DNA of 64,000 nt from a virus. Its lineage: Duplodnaviria; Heunggongvirae; Uroviricota; Caudoviricetes. Location: IMG/VR virus record IMGVR_UViG_3300031993_000021; one strand, written 5' to 3'. Shown here in pieces: positions 28,774 through 39,630 of the stretch. Within the stretch, counting starts at the first letter, position 1. Each line of letters begins with the position of its first letter. The notes under the pieces were generated by a model. The model worked only from the letters and a program-made list of their open reading frames with translations. It searched no databases and had not been told where the DNA came from. Position numbers and translations under genes: made by a program.

Positions 28774-29105
28774 ATAGCTCTGGTGGAAGTGGCAATCAGA
28801 GCGGTAACTCTAGTCAGACCACTGGTTATCTTGATGCAACAGCACTCGGCGCAATGTCTGATTCTGATATTCTTACTCTTGCAACACAGAGAGGTTACAC
28901 AATAGGAGCAGATTCGGATACAACTGAAGAGATCATAAATGACTTCCTGGATGAGCAGGAACTTAAGTATCCGTTTACTCAGGCGGAACTTGAAGAACTT
29001 ACGGTTAATGAAATCGAGGCTATTGCAACAGCAAGAGGTTACACGATAACCGAGACACTTAAAGCAGACATTATTACTGAGTTTTTGTCTATACAAAATG
29101 CTTGA
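28763..29105 (+). CDS. -1 frame extension of major tail protein (Gly/Ser linker plus two HeH/LEM-like repeats)
   Basis: The -1 frame is open from 28745 through the MTP stop. It encodes GVNSSGGSGNQSGNSSQTTGYLDATALGAMSDSDILTLATQRGYTIG... No RBS precedes the first ATG at 28854. GGGG-TAA slip site at 28767-28773. Confidence 0.45.
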
Positions 29106-29113
29106 CGGAACAT

Positions 29114-29140
29114 GGGGCGGCTTTCGGGCTGCCCCTTTCC
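29114..29140 (+). terminator. hairpin after the MTP extension ORF
   Basis: GGGGCGGC tttcgg GCTGCCCC followed by TTT. Confidence 0.4.
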
Positions 29141-29173
29141 CTTTAAGCATTTAGGGGAAAGGAAAAGGATTAT

Positions 29174-29566
29174 ATGAGAACTTTTTTGATTAATAACAAA
29201 CGATATGTAGCAAAAGAATTTACTTTCGGTGCAGTAAGACAGCTTGAAGGTTATGGGCTTTCGCTTACTGATGTACAGAATAAGCCAATGACTCTCGCAG
29301 CTGCTTATCTTGCATTCTGTGCAGGTATCAATATGGATGCAGCTGATAATGAGATTCAGGAGCATGTTATCAAAGGCGGAAATCTTGATGGTATTTTTGA
29401 AGCTGTCACAGAGGCTATGAATGAATCACGTTTTTTTCAGGCGCTCAACAAAAAGGCAGAGGCGGAGGAAGTTCAGGATATTCCGGAAACACCAGTAGTT
29501 CCGATTCAGGAAATTCCTGTTCAGCCAGTGACAATAACACCGGTAGGAGAGACATTCGTTCAGTAA
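29174..29566 (+). CDS. tail assembly chaperone (gpG-like)
   Basis: 130 aa between the major tail and tape measure genes; acidic C-terminus. Confidence 0.55.
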   Translation: MRTFLINNKRYVAKEFTFGAVRQLEGYGLSLTDVQNKPMTLAAAYLAFCAGINMDAADNEIQEHVIKGGNLDGIFEAVTEAMNESRFFQALNKKAEAEEVQDIPETPVVPIQEIPVQPVTITPVGETFVQ

Positions 29567-29616
29567 AATATAAAACTCTTACCGAAGAATATGAGAAAGA
29601 ACTTTTACCTTCAGTA

Positions 29617-29970
29617 TTGGCTTTGGGATATTCATATTGGGATTTTTGGAATATGAATCCAAGGATATTAGAACCGATACTTGAGGGATATAAACTTAAA
29701 CGAAAGATAATAGATGAGAATCAATGGCTTTTGGGCGGATACATTTTCGAAGCTGTATCTATTGCTATTGGAAATATGGCAAAGAAAAAAGGTCAAAAGC
29801 CAAATAACTATTTTGAAGAAATCAAAAAGCCAGCATTGCAAACAGTTAGCTCAAATAACGGAGAACTAACTGAAGAAGAAAAGCAAAAGAGGCTTGATCG
29901 TCTTGTAGCAGGACTAAGAATAAAGCAGGCAAACTTTGAATTGGCAAAACAGCAAAAGAAAGGGCAGTGA
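29617..29970 (+). CDS. tail assembly chaperone -1 frameshift product region (gpGT-like)
   Basis: The -1 frame relative to 29174..29566 is open from about 29521, overlapping its 3' end. No ATG start (TTG at 29617) and no RBS. Confidence 0.45.
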   Translation: MALGYSYWDFWNMNPRILEPILEGYKLKRKIIDENQWLLGGYIFEAVSIAIGNMAKKKGQKPNNYFEEIKKPALQTVSSNNGELTEEEKQKRLDRLVAGLRIKQANFELAKQQKKGQ

Positions 29971-29991
29971 TTTAGGTCGCTGTCCTTTTCT

Positions 29992-32900
29992 ATGGGGATG
30001 AATACTATGAATGTAGATTCATTAAACATACAAATTAAATCAAGCGCAACTGATGCTAAAAATTCTATAAATGGTCTTGTCGATTCTCTTAAATCATTAA
30101 ATAGGCAACTTGGCTTAAAAGAAGGCACCAAATTTGTAAATACAATCAATGCTATGTCAAGTGCTATTGAAACCCTTACGAAAAATGTCAATGGAATGGG
30201 TAACATGGCATCCGGCTTAGATAAAGCAACTGAAAGTGCTGAAGGTGTTTCAAAGGCAACGCAGAATGCGACAGATAATACCAAACAATTGCTTGCTGTT
30301 GTAGATAAGGTATCTAAAGAGTTTGGTGATTATTCCAAAATGGTTGATAGAGCATTTCAATTGGATACTCATCAAGCGTTCGATTCAAAGCCTTTCGCAG
30401 ATGTAACAAAAAAGACAGAAAAGCTGCTTCCCGCGACTACACGAGTTACAGAACAGATAGAGAAGTTAGTTAAAGATTTTAATGCTATAAATCCTACTCA
30501 TTTTGATAACATGGAGGAAGGTGCGAAAAAAGCCGTAGTACCGATTGAGGAACTGCTTAATTCTATTAGGAATTACAAGAAAGTTATTTCGGAAACAGAG
30601 AGTGGAAAACGTGCATTTGATCTTAAATTATACAATGATGCAGTAGTAGGGCTAAATAAAGCAAAAAAAGCTGTTGATGAGTATAAGAAATCACTTATTG
30701 GAGCAGAAGAAGCAACTAACACTTTGTCCGAAAAGATGACATCGCTTAATACAAAAACAGCGGTATCATCTATTCCAAAAGATTTTAAAGAAGTATATGA
30801 AAATGCATTAAAATCAGCTCAGGCTGCGGAAGAGTTAGCAAAAGGAACGCATAAAGCAAAAAGCGAGATTGAACAGCTGCTTGAAAAGTACAGGGAATAT
30901 AAAAAGCTTATTTCCGAAATGGAAAGCGGAAAAAGACCTTTTGATGAAAATGAGTATAATGCAGCGGTTAAAGGCTACAACCAGGCTAAAAATGCAATCG
31001 AGGAATACAAGAAATCTCTTACTAAAGTACCTGATAAGCCAAAGGCATTTTCTTTTGCACAAGACCTTTTACCTCGGCTTGTTGTGCTTGAAAAGGAATT
31101 TGATAACATTGCAGGCAAATTAAACATGTTGGCGGGCAAAGGCGTTGCATTATTTAAACTAATGGTTACACCGCTTAAGCTTGCGGCAAAGGAATATGTT
31201 GAAAAATTCGAGAATTTAAAATCAGCAGTAGAAGGTTTTCGTGACCATATAATATCAAGTTTAAAAAGAGTATCGCAATTTTGGGCTAGAACGATGCGCA
31301 CATTTACCTTTATGCTTGTCAGAAAAGCAATTACAGCAATTATTTCTGAGGTAAATAATGCTATAAAATCTTTAGCTCAGTTTTCAAATGCAATGGGAAC
31401 TCAGTTTAATCAGAGTATTTCTAATCTTGTTGCTGATTTCCAGTATTTAGGTCGCTCTATTGTAAGTGTTTTCGCGCCTTTGTTAGAGACAATCACACCT
31501 ATTATTGATGCCATTGTTGAGAAGATTGCAACGCTTCTTTCATATATAGGTATGTTATTTGCTGTATTAGGTGGAAAATCATCTTTTACAAAAGCAAAGA
31601 AAGAAATGGTTAATTATGGAGCAGCCGCTGGCAAAGCTGCTAAATCCGTTAGTACTCTGACAATGGGAATAGATGAACTTAATATTCTTTCAGAGAACAA
31701 AGGTGGTGGCGGTGGAGATGGTGCTTCTAATCCGCTTTCAGGATGGGAAGAAATTGATATTCCGGATGGCGTTAAGCACATTGCCAATATGCTTAAGAAA
31801 ATGTGGGATGATTTTATGCGTCCTATTAAAGCCGCCTGGGAAAAGATGAAGGACTACTTCAAAAAAGCATGGACTTATATGCTTAACCAGGCAAAGAAGC
31901 TCGGTAAATCTATCTGGGATGCGTTTATTGAAGTATGGAACGAACCTAAAACCATTGAAATGATCGCTAATATTTTTGGAATTATAGCTGATTTGATGTT
32001 TGTTATTGGCAATCTTTGCAAAAATTTTAGAGAATCTTGGGATGAAGTGGTTGATGGTGCTACCAGAGGAGTTCATATATTTAGGGGTATCCGAGACATT
32101 TTTGCTGTTCTTATTGAACATGTAAGAAATGTAACGAAATATATGATTTATTGGTCGGACAGCATTACCTTTGATCCATTACTTGACAGTATTATCAAGT
32201 TACTTCATTCGTTCTATGACTTGGCTGATTTTATTGGCGGTGTATTTGAAGATGTAATGAAAAGAGTTGTTCTTAAATACATCAAATGGATGATTGAAGA
32301 GGGAATACCTCATCTAAATCACAAGATAGCAGAGATAATTGATGCATTTGATTTTGAAAAGATTCGTCAGGATTTAGTGCCTCTAGAAGATGCATTTGAA
32401 CGATTACTTGAGCATATACATACAGGTGTTACTGATGCATTAGGAAATCTCGGTTTACAAATTGCTGAATTTACAAATTCAGAAGAGTTTACAGATTTCC
32501 TACAAAGACTTGCCGATATCATGGATATGTTTTCCTCGGAAGATGTTGAAAAGATATTGACTGGAATAGGCATGGGAATTTTAGGAGTAGCTGATGGATT
32601 AGTACAGTTTGTAAATTCTGATCTATTCATGTCGTTTCTTGAGAAGCTTGATGAGTGGCTTGAAAATGCCACGGCAGAAGATATTGCTACCTTACTTCAA
32701 AGAATTGCCTTTGCTATTGGATTATTTAAGTTCGGTGCTTTTGCAGGCGAAGGATTTGCAGGATTCCTTAGATTTGCAATGATGCTGAAATCTTGGACAA
32801 ATCTAAACACTATTGCAGAGGGGTTAACAGCAACAGGAGCAGGAGCTTCTACAGCGGCAGGAGGATTTGCAGCTCTCGCTGAACCTGCTCTTTTAGTGGC

Positions 32901-34989
32901 TGCGGTATTGGCATTAGTTGTAGCTGCAATTTATTCATTGGTTAGTTCATATGGCGGATTAATCGGAACACTTGATGAACTAAAGAAAAGATTCAGCGAC
33001 TTAAAACAAAAGATGGTCGAGTACGCAGAACAAAAAGGTTTGTTTGATGCAGTGGATAGGCTTAAAGAAACCTTTGGTAAATTGCTTGAAAAGCTTGGCG
33101 ATTTAAAGGATTTCTGGGACATTCTTTTGACTATAGCGTTCAAGGTTGAAGAGGTCTTTGGAAAAAGACTTGTTAATGCAATCAAGATTCTTGTATTTAT
33201 TGTTGAACGTTTCATCAATCATATCAATAATCTGATTGATATCCTTGGTGGCGTATCAACAATGATTAAAGGTGTTATCTCAGCAATACAAGGTGTTCTT
33301 ACCCTAGATTTCGATAAAGCTAGTGAAGGTCTTGATAAGATAGGTGAAGGCTTTAAAAGGGCAGGAAAAGCGGCTGTTAATGATTTTGTTGATACGATGC
33401 TTCCTCAATGGGATGCAGTCAAGGATAAGATTACGAAAAAAGCTTCTGGTACATTAAGTGCTAGTTTAGCTGGAATTCCTGATCTTACAAAAGCAACTGC
33501 TCAAGCAACTGGAACGGCTATTGCTGATAATGAGGCAGCTTCATATACAGCAGCTATTCAAGCGTTACAACCATCATTAGAAACATCTAATGCAATGATG
33601 GTTGCGGGTGTGCTTAAGAGTGTAGAAAAAGCAGATTATGCATCGGCAGGAAACACATTTGCAACCGGACAATACACTGCTTACACAGATAGCATAAATA
33701 ATACAGATTTTGCTTCGCTTGGAACACTTTGGAATACGATGACTGGTGATGCGTTAAAGAATTCAAGCTCTGTATTCAATGATGCTAACACAGAAACATC
33801 CGAAGCAGGTGCGGCACAGTTTAGTGATGCTTATATGAATTATATGAACAATACAAGCACACTAGGACAAGGCATGTCTGATTATGGTCAAACAGTTGGG
33901 CAGACCTTTATCGAATCAGCTAATGCTGGGCTTTTGGATAATATGGGCTTAACAAAAGATGTTATCGGCAAGTGGTTTGATATTATTCAGGAAACTATGG
34001 ATGACAATATGTCAAGGGTTTTGAATTCGGGATTCTTTGAGAAATTCATTAAAACCTTCGAATCAGGATTAAGCCCAGATAGATTCAAAATCATAGGAAC
34101 ATCAATAACGATTGCGATTGCGCTTGGTGTAAATCAGGGCATGTACGCAATGAATACTGTGCTTAGTAATATCTTCATGTCTATGACACAGACAATCAAT
34201 ACATATATTGTTATGCTAAGCACAAATATTCAAACAATGCTAATGCCTATGTTTGCAACCGTCTTTGCTTCATTTATTACTTGGTTCGATGAAGCCATGA
34301 GCATGTGGTGGAATGAAAAAGTGGTATTCTGGTTCACTGCATCAAAATGGGATGAAGAGATATTCACACCGCTTGCAGAGAATATTCATGGACACTTTGA
34401 ACTTTTCACTACATGGTGGGATACATCAATGAATGCATGGTGGGAAGATCAAGTAGCACCTTGGTTTGAAGAACAAAGATGGACGGATGAATTCAATCAT
34501 ATTCTTGATGCGGCTAAAGCGGTATTTACTTTGATTGAGGAACATATTCAGCAACACATGGAAGCAGCTCAAGAAATAGTAGAACATTCTTGTGATAGCA
34601 TGAAAGAAGCTATAAAGAGTGTCATGGATGAGATTGATGAGCTTATTGAAAAGTTGAATGAAGTTCCCAGTGAAGTTTCTTTCCATGCACCATATGGTTT
34701 TGCAAGCGGTGGTTTTCCTTCAACCGGTTCGTTATTCTTTGCAAATGAAGCAGGACCAGAACTTGTTGGTACTATTCATGGAAATACTGCTGTTGCAAAC
34801 AATAATGAGATTACAGGAATTAGGGAAGCGGTACTTGCAAGCGGAAATCAAGAATCAGAACTTTTAGCTAGACTTATCACGATAACGCAGGCACTTCTTG
34901 ATAAAGAGCCTGTCGTTATTGATGATAGGGATATAGCAAGAATGGCTACAAGCGGTCAAGGTAGGCTTGGAATGAATATAATAACTTGA
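29992..34989 (+). CDS. tail tape measure protein (1665 aa)
   Basis: Very long alpha-helical/coiled-coil protein with internal repeats (ESGKRxFD..YN.AV.G.N.AK.A.EEYKKSL x2), TM stretches and a Gly-rich segment. Position after the chaperones. Confidence 0.8.
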   Translation: MGMNTMNVDSLNIQIKSSATDAKNSINGLVDSLKSLNRQLGLKEGTKFVNTINAMSSAIETLTKNVNGMGNMASGLDKATESAEGVSKATQNATDNTKQLLAVVDKVSKEFGDYSKMVDRAFQLDTHQAFDSKPFADVTKKTEKLLPATTRVTEQIEKLVKDFNAINPTHFDNMEEGAKKAVVPIEELLNSIRNYKKVISETESGKRAFDLKLYNDAVVGLNKAKKAVDEYKKSLIGAEEATNTLSEKMTSLNTKTAVSSIPKDFKEVYENALKSAQAAEELAKGTHKAKSEIEQLLEKYREYKKLISEMESGKRPFDENEYNAAVKGYNQAKNAIEEYKKSLTKVPDKPKAFSFAQDLLPRLVVLEKEFDNIAGKLNMLAGKGVALFKLMVTPLKLAAKEYVEKFENLKSAVEGFRDHIISSLKRVSQFWARTMRTFTFMLVRKAITAIISEVNNAIKSLAQFSNAMGTQFNQSISNLVADFQYLGRSIVSVFAPLLETITPIIDAIVEKIATLLSYIGMLFAVLGGKSSFTKAKKEMVNYGAAAGKAAKSVSTLTMGIDELNILSENKGGGGGDGASNPLSGWEEIDIPDGVKHIANMLKKMWDDFMRPIKAAWEKMKDYFKKAWTYMLNQAKKLGKSIWDAFIEVWNEPKTIEMIANIFGIIADLMFVIGNLCKNFRESWDEVVDGATRGVHIFRGIRDIFAVLIEHVRNVTKYMIYWSDSITFDPLLDSIIKLLHSFYDLADFIGGVFEDVMKRVVLKYIKWMIEEGIPHLNHKIAEIIDAFDFEKIRQDLVPLEDAFERLLEHIHTGVTDALGNLGLQIAEFTNSEEFTDFLQRLADIMDMFSSEDVEKILTGIGMGILGVADGLVQFVNSDLFMSFLEKLDEWLENATAEDIATLLQRIAFAIGLFKFGAFAGEGFAGFLRFAMMLKSWTNLNTIAEGLTATGAGASTAAGGFAALAEPALLVAAVLALVVAAIYSLVSSYGGLIGTLDELKKRFSDLKQKMVEYAEQKGLFDAVDRLKETFGKLLEKLGDLKDFWDILLTIAFKVEEVFGKRLVNAIKILVFIVERFINHINNLIDILGGVSTMIKGVISAIQGVLTLDFDKASEGLDKIGEGFKRAGKAAVNDFVDTMLPQWDAVKDKITKKASGTLSASLAGIPDLTKATAQATGTAIADNEAASYTAAIQALQPSLETSNAMMVAGVLKSVEKADYASAGNTFATGQYTAYTDSINNTDFASLGTLWNTMTGDALKNSSSVFNDANTETSEAGAAQFSDAYMNYMNNTSTLGQGMSDYGQTVGQTFIESANAGLLDNMGLTKDVIGKWFDIIQETMDDNMSRVLNSGFFEKFIKTFESGLSPDRFKIIGTSITIAIALGVNQGMYAMNTVLSNIFMSMTQTINTYIVMLSTNIQTMLMPMFATVFASFITWFDEAMSMWWNEKVVFWFTASKWDEEIFTPLAENIHGHFELFTTWWDTSMNAWWEDQVAPWFEEQRWTDEFNHILDAAKAVFTLIEEHIQQHMEAAQEIVEHSCDSMKEAIKSVMDEIDELIEKLNEVPSEVSFHAPYGFASGGFPSTGSLFFANEAGPELVGTIHGNTAVANNNEITGIREAVLASGNQESELLARLITITQALLDKEPVVIDDRDIARMATSGQGRLGMNIIT

Positions 34990-34995
34990 TTTAAA

Positions 34996-35030
34996 GGTGG
35001 ATGTCTGTCAAAGGGCATCCACTTATTTTA
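34996..35030 (+). terminator. hairpin plus T-run after tape measure gene
   Basis: GGTGGATG ... CATCCAC followed by TTATTTTATT. Confidence 0.35.
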
Positions 35031-35043
35031 TTGGAGGTGTGAG

Positions 35044-35427
35044 ATGGCATTTCTAGAAGTTAATGGAGTTGAATTACCGTGTCCAAGTGTAGGACTTGAG
35101 ATTATCTTAAGTGATGCTGTTAATTCAGGTCGAAATGCTAACGCAGAGGTTATTGCAGAAAAGGTGGGCAAGACAAACCTTAAATACAATAACCTTATGT
35201 GGAAATGGCTTACACCTGATGAATGGCACCTTATATGTGATTTATTTTCAAATTTCTTTGTTACTGCAAAAGTATGGAGTCCGCTTAAAAATGATTTTGT
35301 AATGCTTAAGATGTATCCGGGCGATAGATCAGCGCAGGTATATTGGCTTGATGAAGACCATACTAAACCAATGAACTTTATGGATTGTAAGGTCAATATC
35401 ATTGATTGTGGACTTGTAGAACGATGA
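35044..35427 (+). CDS. putative tail protein (small, after TMP)
   Basis: RBS GGAGGTG; position. Confidence 0.35.
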   Translation: MAFLEVNGVELPCPSVGLEIILSDAVNSGRNANAEVIAEKVGKTNLKYNNLMWKWLTPDEWHLICDLFSNFFVTAKVWSPLKNDFVMLKMYPGDRSAQVYWLDEDHTKPMNFMDCKVNIIDCGLVER

Positions 35428-35437
35428 GGGCTAACAG

Positions 35438-37681
35438 ATGCAAGCAGTAAGTTCAGCATATAGAGCAGAGCAAAAAGAATATTTACGAGAAGAAGGATAT
35501 ATTTGGGTATATCTAGGCGTTATTTCCAAAGAAGCTCAGTCATATGGTAAAGCTAATGGAACATTTACGATGTATTCTTCACCTCAACTTGTTACTTCGA
35601 CTGTAAATTTCGAGGGATATTATGCTATTCCAGAAGAAAATTTTATAAAAGCAGATGGCACACAGTATTTTTTGCCAAGAAATAAGAACTCTGTAGCTTT
35701 ATATCAAGGTATAGTAACTCAGGAGATGTGCGACGCAGTTACTTTTACATTTGGAAAATACACTCACCTTGACATCAAGGGGCTTACTATTGATTTTGGT
35801 GAGTTTTATCCTACAAGTTTTGATATAACCAATGGGACATATACATATTCATATACCAATGACAAGCCTGGCGAATGGGTTACAGAAGATATTTTTAGAG
35901 ACACAGATCATATAACAATAACTCCACATGCAATAGTAGGAGGGCAGAAGAGATTAAGAATATTATCAATTCTATTTGGTATTGGACTTATGTTTGATAA
36001 TAATTCGCTTATTGCGACGTCATGGAAATCCGAATGCTCACATATTTCAAATGAACTACCCACAAAATCTTTTTCATTTTCCATTGATAATATAAGCAAA
36101 AAGTTTGCTGCTGATGATCCTAATTCATATCTTGCTTTCCTTGAAGAACAGCAGGAAGTTGAGTTTGAATATGGACGAAATCTTTCCGATGGGACGCTTT
36201 ATACAATTCCTGGTGGAAAATTAAGGCTTAAAACATGGTCAAGTGATGATATGCAGGCAAATTTCAATGCAGTAGGATTTCTTGATTATACAGAAACAAA
36301 GTACTACAAAGGCAAGTATTATCCTAATGGGATTTCGTTTTATGACCTTGCTGTTGAAGTATGTCAGGATGCAGGGATAGACAATTATAGAATTGATAAT
36401 TACTTGCAGACAATGCATACAAAGAATCCTTTACCTGTAGAGAAGCATAAGAACTTATTGCAGCTTATAGCAAATGCAGCTCGTTCAATCATGCGAGAAA
36501 CAAGAGATGGTGGTATAGAGATAAAGAGTTCGTTTACGCCGGATATCGTAAGTGTAACAACAAATGGTCAAACTATTTATTCAAATGCTGGAAATGTAGT
36601 TGACGCGGACATTACAGTAAGTGATTATGCAACGTCTGAGAAAGATTTTTCACGTATAGATGGTTTGCATTATTTCTTGCCTAGAACATCAAGTACATAT
36701 GCGGCTACTGGCTTTATTTCATCTCATGTTTCGGATGCGGATGGAGAATTTATAACAAAACCTGAGATAACTATAGAATGGGAAACTGCTTGGACATTCT
36801 TTGGAATGAGCATGGCATTTTATAACGTTAAACCAAACAGTCTTACAATCTATGCTTATCATTACAACGACCTTGTAAGTACTAAAGAATATGATGAACT
36901 TGATTATATGACTGCTATTGAAGATGCATTCATGGATATAAGCAAACTTCGTATCGTATTTAATAGCACAAGTCCATATCAAAGAATTCATCTTTCACAT
37001 ATGGCTTTTGGAGATATTACAGATTACGTCATTGATTATTCAGATATGACAGCATCACCAACAGCCTCCGTGGCAGAAAAGATAAAGAATGTAAACGTTA
37101 CATATTATGAATACAGTTACGGAAGTTCACAAAAGAAGATAAGTTCAACAATGGCTATAGCAGGGACTAACATTGTCACATTCAACAATCCTGCACATAA
37201 CTACTCATTAAGCTATGCAGGCGGTCAGACGGGAACTCTTACTATTATAAATAGCGGTGCTTATTATGTTGAATTTACTTCTACAATTGCAGCGGAAGTA
37301 AACATAAATGGTATTGAATTTGTTGTATCGACGAAAGAATTAACTCAGGAAGTAAGACAGATAGGAACAGATAAGACAGCTTCTAATATGCTCATTGATA
37401 ATGCAACAGACGCACAGAATGAAGCAGAGTGGCTTGCAGAATATTTTGCAAACGATATTGATTATGTCATTTCATATCGAGGTGAGCCTGCATTAGATCC
37501 TGATGACCTTATCTATACAGAAAATAAGAGCATTGAAAGAAATCTTGTCAGGATAACAAGTACACAGATTGATACAAGTACCGGAATGAGCATGGCTTGT
37601 AAATTAACTGCAAGACGAGTAAGCTACGTACTTCCCGCGGTCGTAAGTTCTGCAATAGCTGGCGAAAGTGCTGTGCATTAA
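35438..37681 (+). CDS. putative distal tail / baseplate protein (747 aa)
   Basis: position immediately after the TMP region; large beta-rich protein. Confidence 0.4.
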   Translation: MQAVSSAYRAEQKEYLREEGYIWVYLGVISKEAQSYGKANGTFTMYSSPQLVTSTVNFEGYYAIPEENFIKADGTQYFLPRNKNSVALYQGIVTQEMCDAVTFTFGKYTHLDIKGLTIDFGEFYPTSFDITNGTYTYSYTNDKPGEWVTEDIFRDTDHITITPHAIVGGQKRLRILSILFGIGLMFDNNSLIATSWKSECSHISNELPTKSFSFSIDNISKKFAADDPNSYLAFLEEQQEVEFEYGRNLSDGTLYTIPGGKLRLKTWSSDDMQANFNAVGFLDYTETKYYKGKYYPNGISFYDLAVEVCQDAGIDNYRIDNYLQTMHTKNPLPVEKHKNLLQLIANAARSIMRETRDGGIEIKSSFTPDIVSVTTNGQTIYSNAGNVVDADITVSDYATSEKDFSRIDGLHYFLPRTSSTYAATGFISSHVSDADGEFITKPEITIEWETAWTFFGMSMAFYNVKPNSLTIYAYHYNDLVSTKEYDELDYMTAIEDAFMDISKLRIVFNSTSPYQRIHLSHMAFGDITDYVIDYSDMTASPTASVAEKIKNVNVTYYEYSYGSSQKKISSTMAIAGTNIVTFNNPAHNYSLSYAGGQTGTLTIINSGAYYVEFTSTIAAEVNINGIEFVVSTKELTQEVRQIGTDKTASNMLIDNATDAQNEAEWLAEYFANDIDYVISYRGEPALDPDDLIYTENKSIERNLVRITSTQIDTSTGMSMACKLTARRVSYVLPAVVSSAIAGESAVH

Positions 37682-37690
37682 GGAGGCAAT

Positions 37691-39142
37691 ATGGCATATT
37701 CTAAACACGTATGGAGAAAAGGTGAGATAATCAGTGCCGAGAATCTTAACAATATTGAGAATGGTATTGCTAATGAAGAATCAAGAGCAATTGGAACGGA
37801 AGAAATCTTAGATGACAAGATTGATTCGAATAAAACAATTTCCGATGATGCTATCTCGACCGAAACAATAAGAGCTACTGAGGCAGAGAGTGAATTGTCA
37901 GAAAGAATCAATTCTTTGAATACAGACTTTACACTTCTAAAAAATTATGTTGATTCAAAAATGGCATCAACATATAAGGCGAGTGGTTCTATCTATTTTG
38001 CTGAGTTACCTGAACTAAGTGCAAATTATGTCGGAAACGTATATAACATAAAAGATGACTTTGTAACAACATCTGATTTCTATGAAGGTGCCGGTTATTC
38101 ATATGTTGCAGGTACTAATGTAACAATAATAGAAATTGATGTAGATTCATATCATGTTAGACAGGTAGACCAAGATGAAAATCCTAACGAATTAGGGTTG
38201 TATGAGTATGACAGCCAGACAGATACATATTTCCTTACTGAAGATACATCCCCTGTAAGCGGGAAAACATATTACAGTAAGTTAACTGAGATTGAATATT
38301 ATTATGATGTAATGGCATCTTCCATAGACACATCTCAGTTTGTAAAATATACAGACATTGCAACTAATAGCAAGGTGGGAATTTGTAAGCCTGATGGAAA
38401 CAGCATTATAATGAATGACCGTGGAACATTTTATTACAACATAAGAAATCCGCGTGATGCAACTAGTATTATAAGTAATTTATCCCTTGCTGTTCATCAT
38501 GCAGAGCTTGCAAGATATGGCTTTAATATTGGTGATTGGTTCAACGGAACAAATTATAGATACTTTATTGCTGGTTACAATACATTTCGCGGTAATCGTT
38601 CTGGTGCAGCTGATCCGGCAAGTTCAATTTGTTCAGATGTTGACCATATTGTTCTTATTTTCTCAGTAGGTCAGATGAAATGGCATGATTCTGGAACATC
38701 CGTAATGGATGTAGGATATGCAGGTTCAGATTATCAGGATTATTTAGAGACAACTGTTCTTGATAATGTTAAGTCGGACATGTTAGAGCTTTTTGACGGA
38801 GAAACAGGACTTGAGTATTTAAGAGATATAACCAAGTATTATCGAGGAAATGATGCTGAAACATCTCTTACAAGAGTACGTCATCAATATATCTGCGCTC
38901 TTACTGAAAGACAGATATTTGGCTCAACAATTTATTCTAAAGATCCTTTACAGACTGGTGAAGCATATTCACAGCTTGAAATATTCCAGAAATATCTGCC
39001 AGTAATGAGCCTTGAAGGTGGTTTTTGGCTTAGAGATATTGCATCAGAAACAACAGCTTGTTGCATCAATGATACCGGACTTCCAGGAACAGATACATTT
39101 GATAGCTTGAGAAACGGTGCAGCAATGATTCTATTTAGATAA
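37691..39142 (+). CDS. putative tail fiber / upper baseplate protein
   Basis: N-terminal W..GEIISAENLNNIENGI motif, as in siphovirus fiber/baseplate proteins; AAGGAGG RBS. Confidence 0.4.
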   Translation: MAYSKHVWRKGEIISAENLNNIENGIANEESRAIGTEEILDDKIDSNKTISDDAISTETIRATEAESELSERINSLNTDFTLLKNYVDSKMASTYKASGSIYFAELPELSANYVGNVYNIKDDFVTTSDFYEGAGYSYVAGTNVTIIEIDVDSYHVRQVDQDENPNELGLYEYDSQTDTYFLTEDTSPVSGKTYYSKLTEIEYYYDVMASSIDTSQFVKYTDIATNSKVGICKPDGNSIIMNDRGTFYYNIRNPRDATSIISNLSLAVHHAELARYGFNIGDWFNGTNYRYFIAGYNTFRGNRSGAADPASSICSDVDHIVLIFSVGQMKWHDSGTSVMDVGYAGSDYQDYLETTVLDNVKSDMLELFDGETGLEYLRDITKYYRGNDAETSLTRVRHQYICALTERQIFGSTIYSKDPLQTGEAYSQLEIFQKYLPVMSLEGGFWLRDIASETTACCINDTGLPGTDTFDSLRNGAAMILFR

Positions 39143-39151
39143 GGAGTTATT

Positions 39152-39616
39152 ATGGCTTGGACAACACCTAAAACTGATTGGAAAGCAGAATATAGTAATA
39201 TTGAGATTTATTTGGGCGATTTCTTCAATGTTGAAGATTATAACCGTATCAAGAATAATCTTCAGTACATTGATGATAGAGCTAAAGAATTATTTTATGG
39301 GCTTCCGGTATTAAACCTTGGTGCTGACAAGCATTTCCCGATACCAGGAAGCCCTAATTTTAATAACGATAATATTTTTGCAGATGAGATAAATGCTATT
39401 GAGAATGGATTACAAGGGATACAGGATGTCATAGCCTTATTTGATTATGGAACAGCGAAGTTATTTTATGAGAATGGAGCATTTATTGATTACAACGAAC
39501 TTAATAGGATAGAAAGTGCTTTGCTTGATTTACATGAGCATATCGAAAGTTCTATCGCAGGTAAGATGAGGCTTTCTTTCAGGCTTGGACAGACTGGAAG
39601 TACAATAAAAGTTTAA
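39152..39616 (+). CDS. putative tail fiber-associated protein (XkdW-like)
   Basis: position; N-terminal W..P.TDW...Y..IE..N motif. Confidence 0.3.
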   Translation: MAWTTPKTDWKAEYSNIEIYLGDFFNVEDYNRIKNNLQYIDDRAKELFYGLPVLNLGADKHFPIPGSPNFNNDNIFADEINAIENGLQGIQDVIALFDYGTAKLFYENGAFIDYNELNRIESALLDLHEHIESSIAGKMRLSFRLGQTGSTIKV

Positions 39617-39630
39617 GGGAAAGGAAGGTA

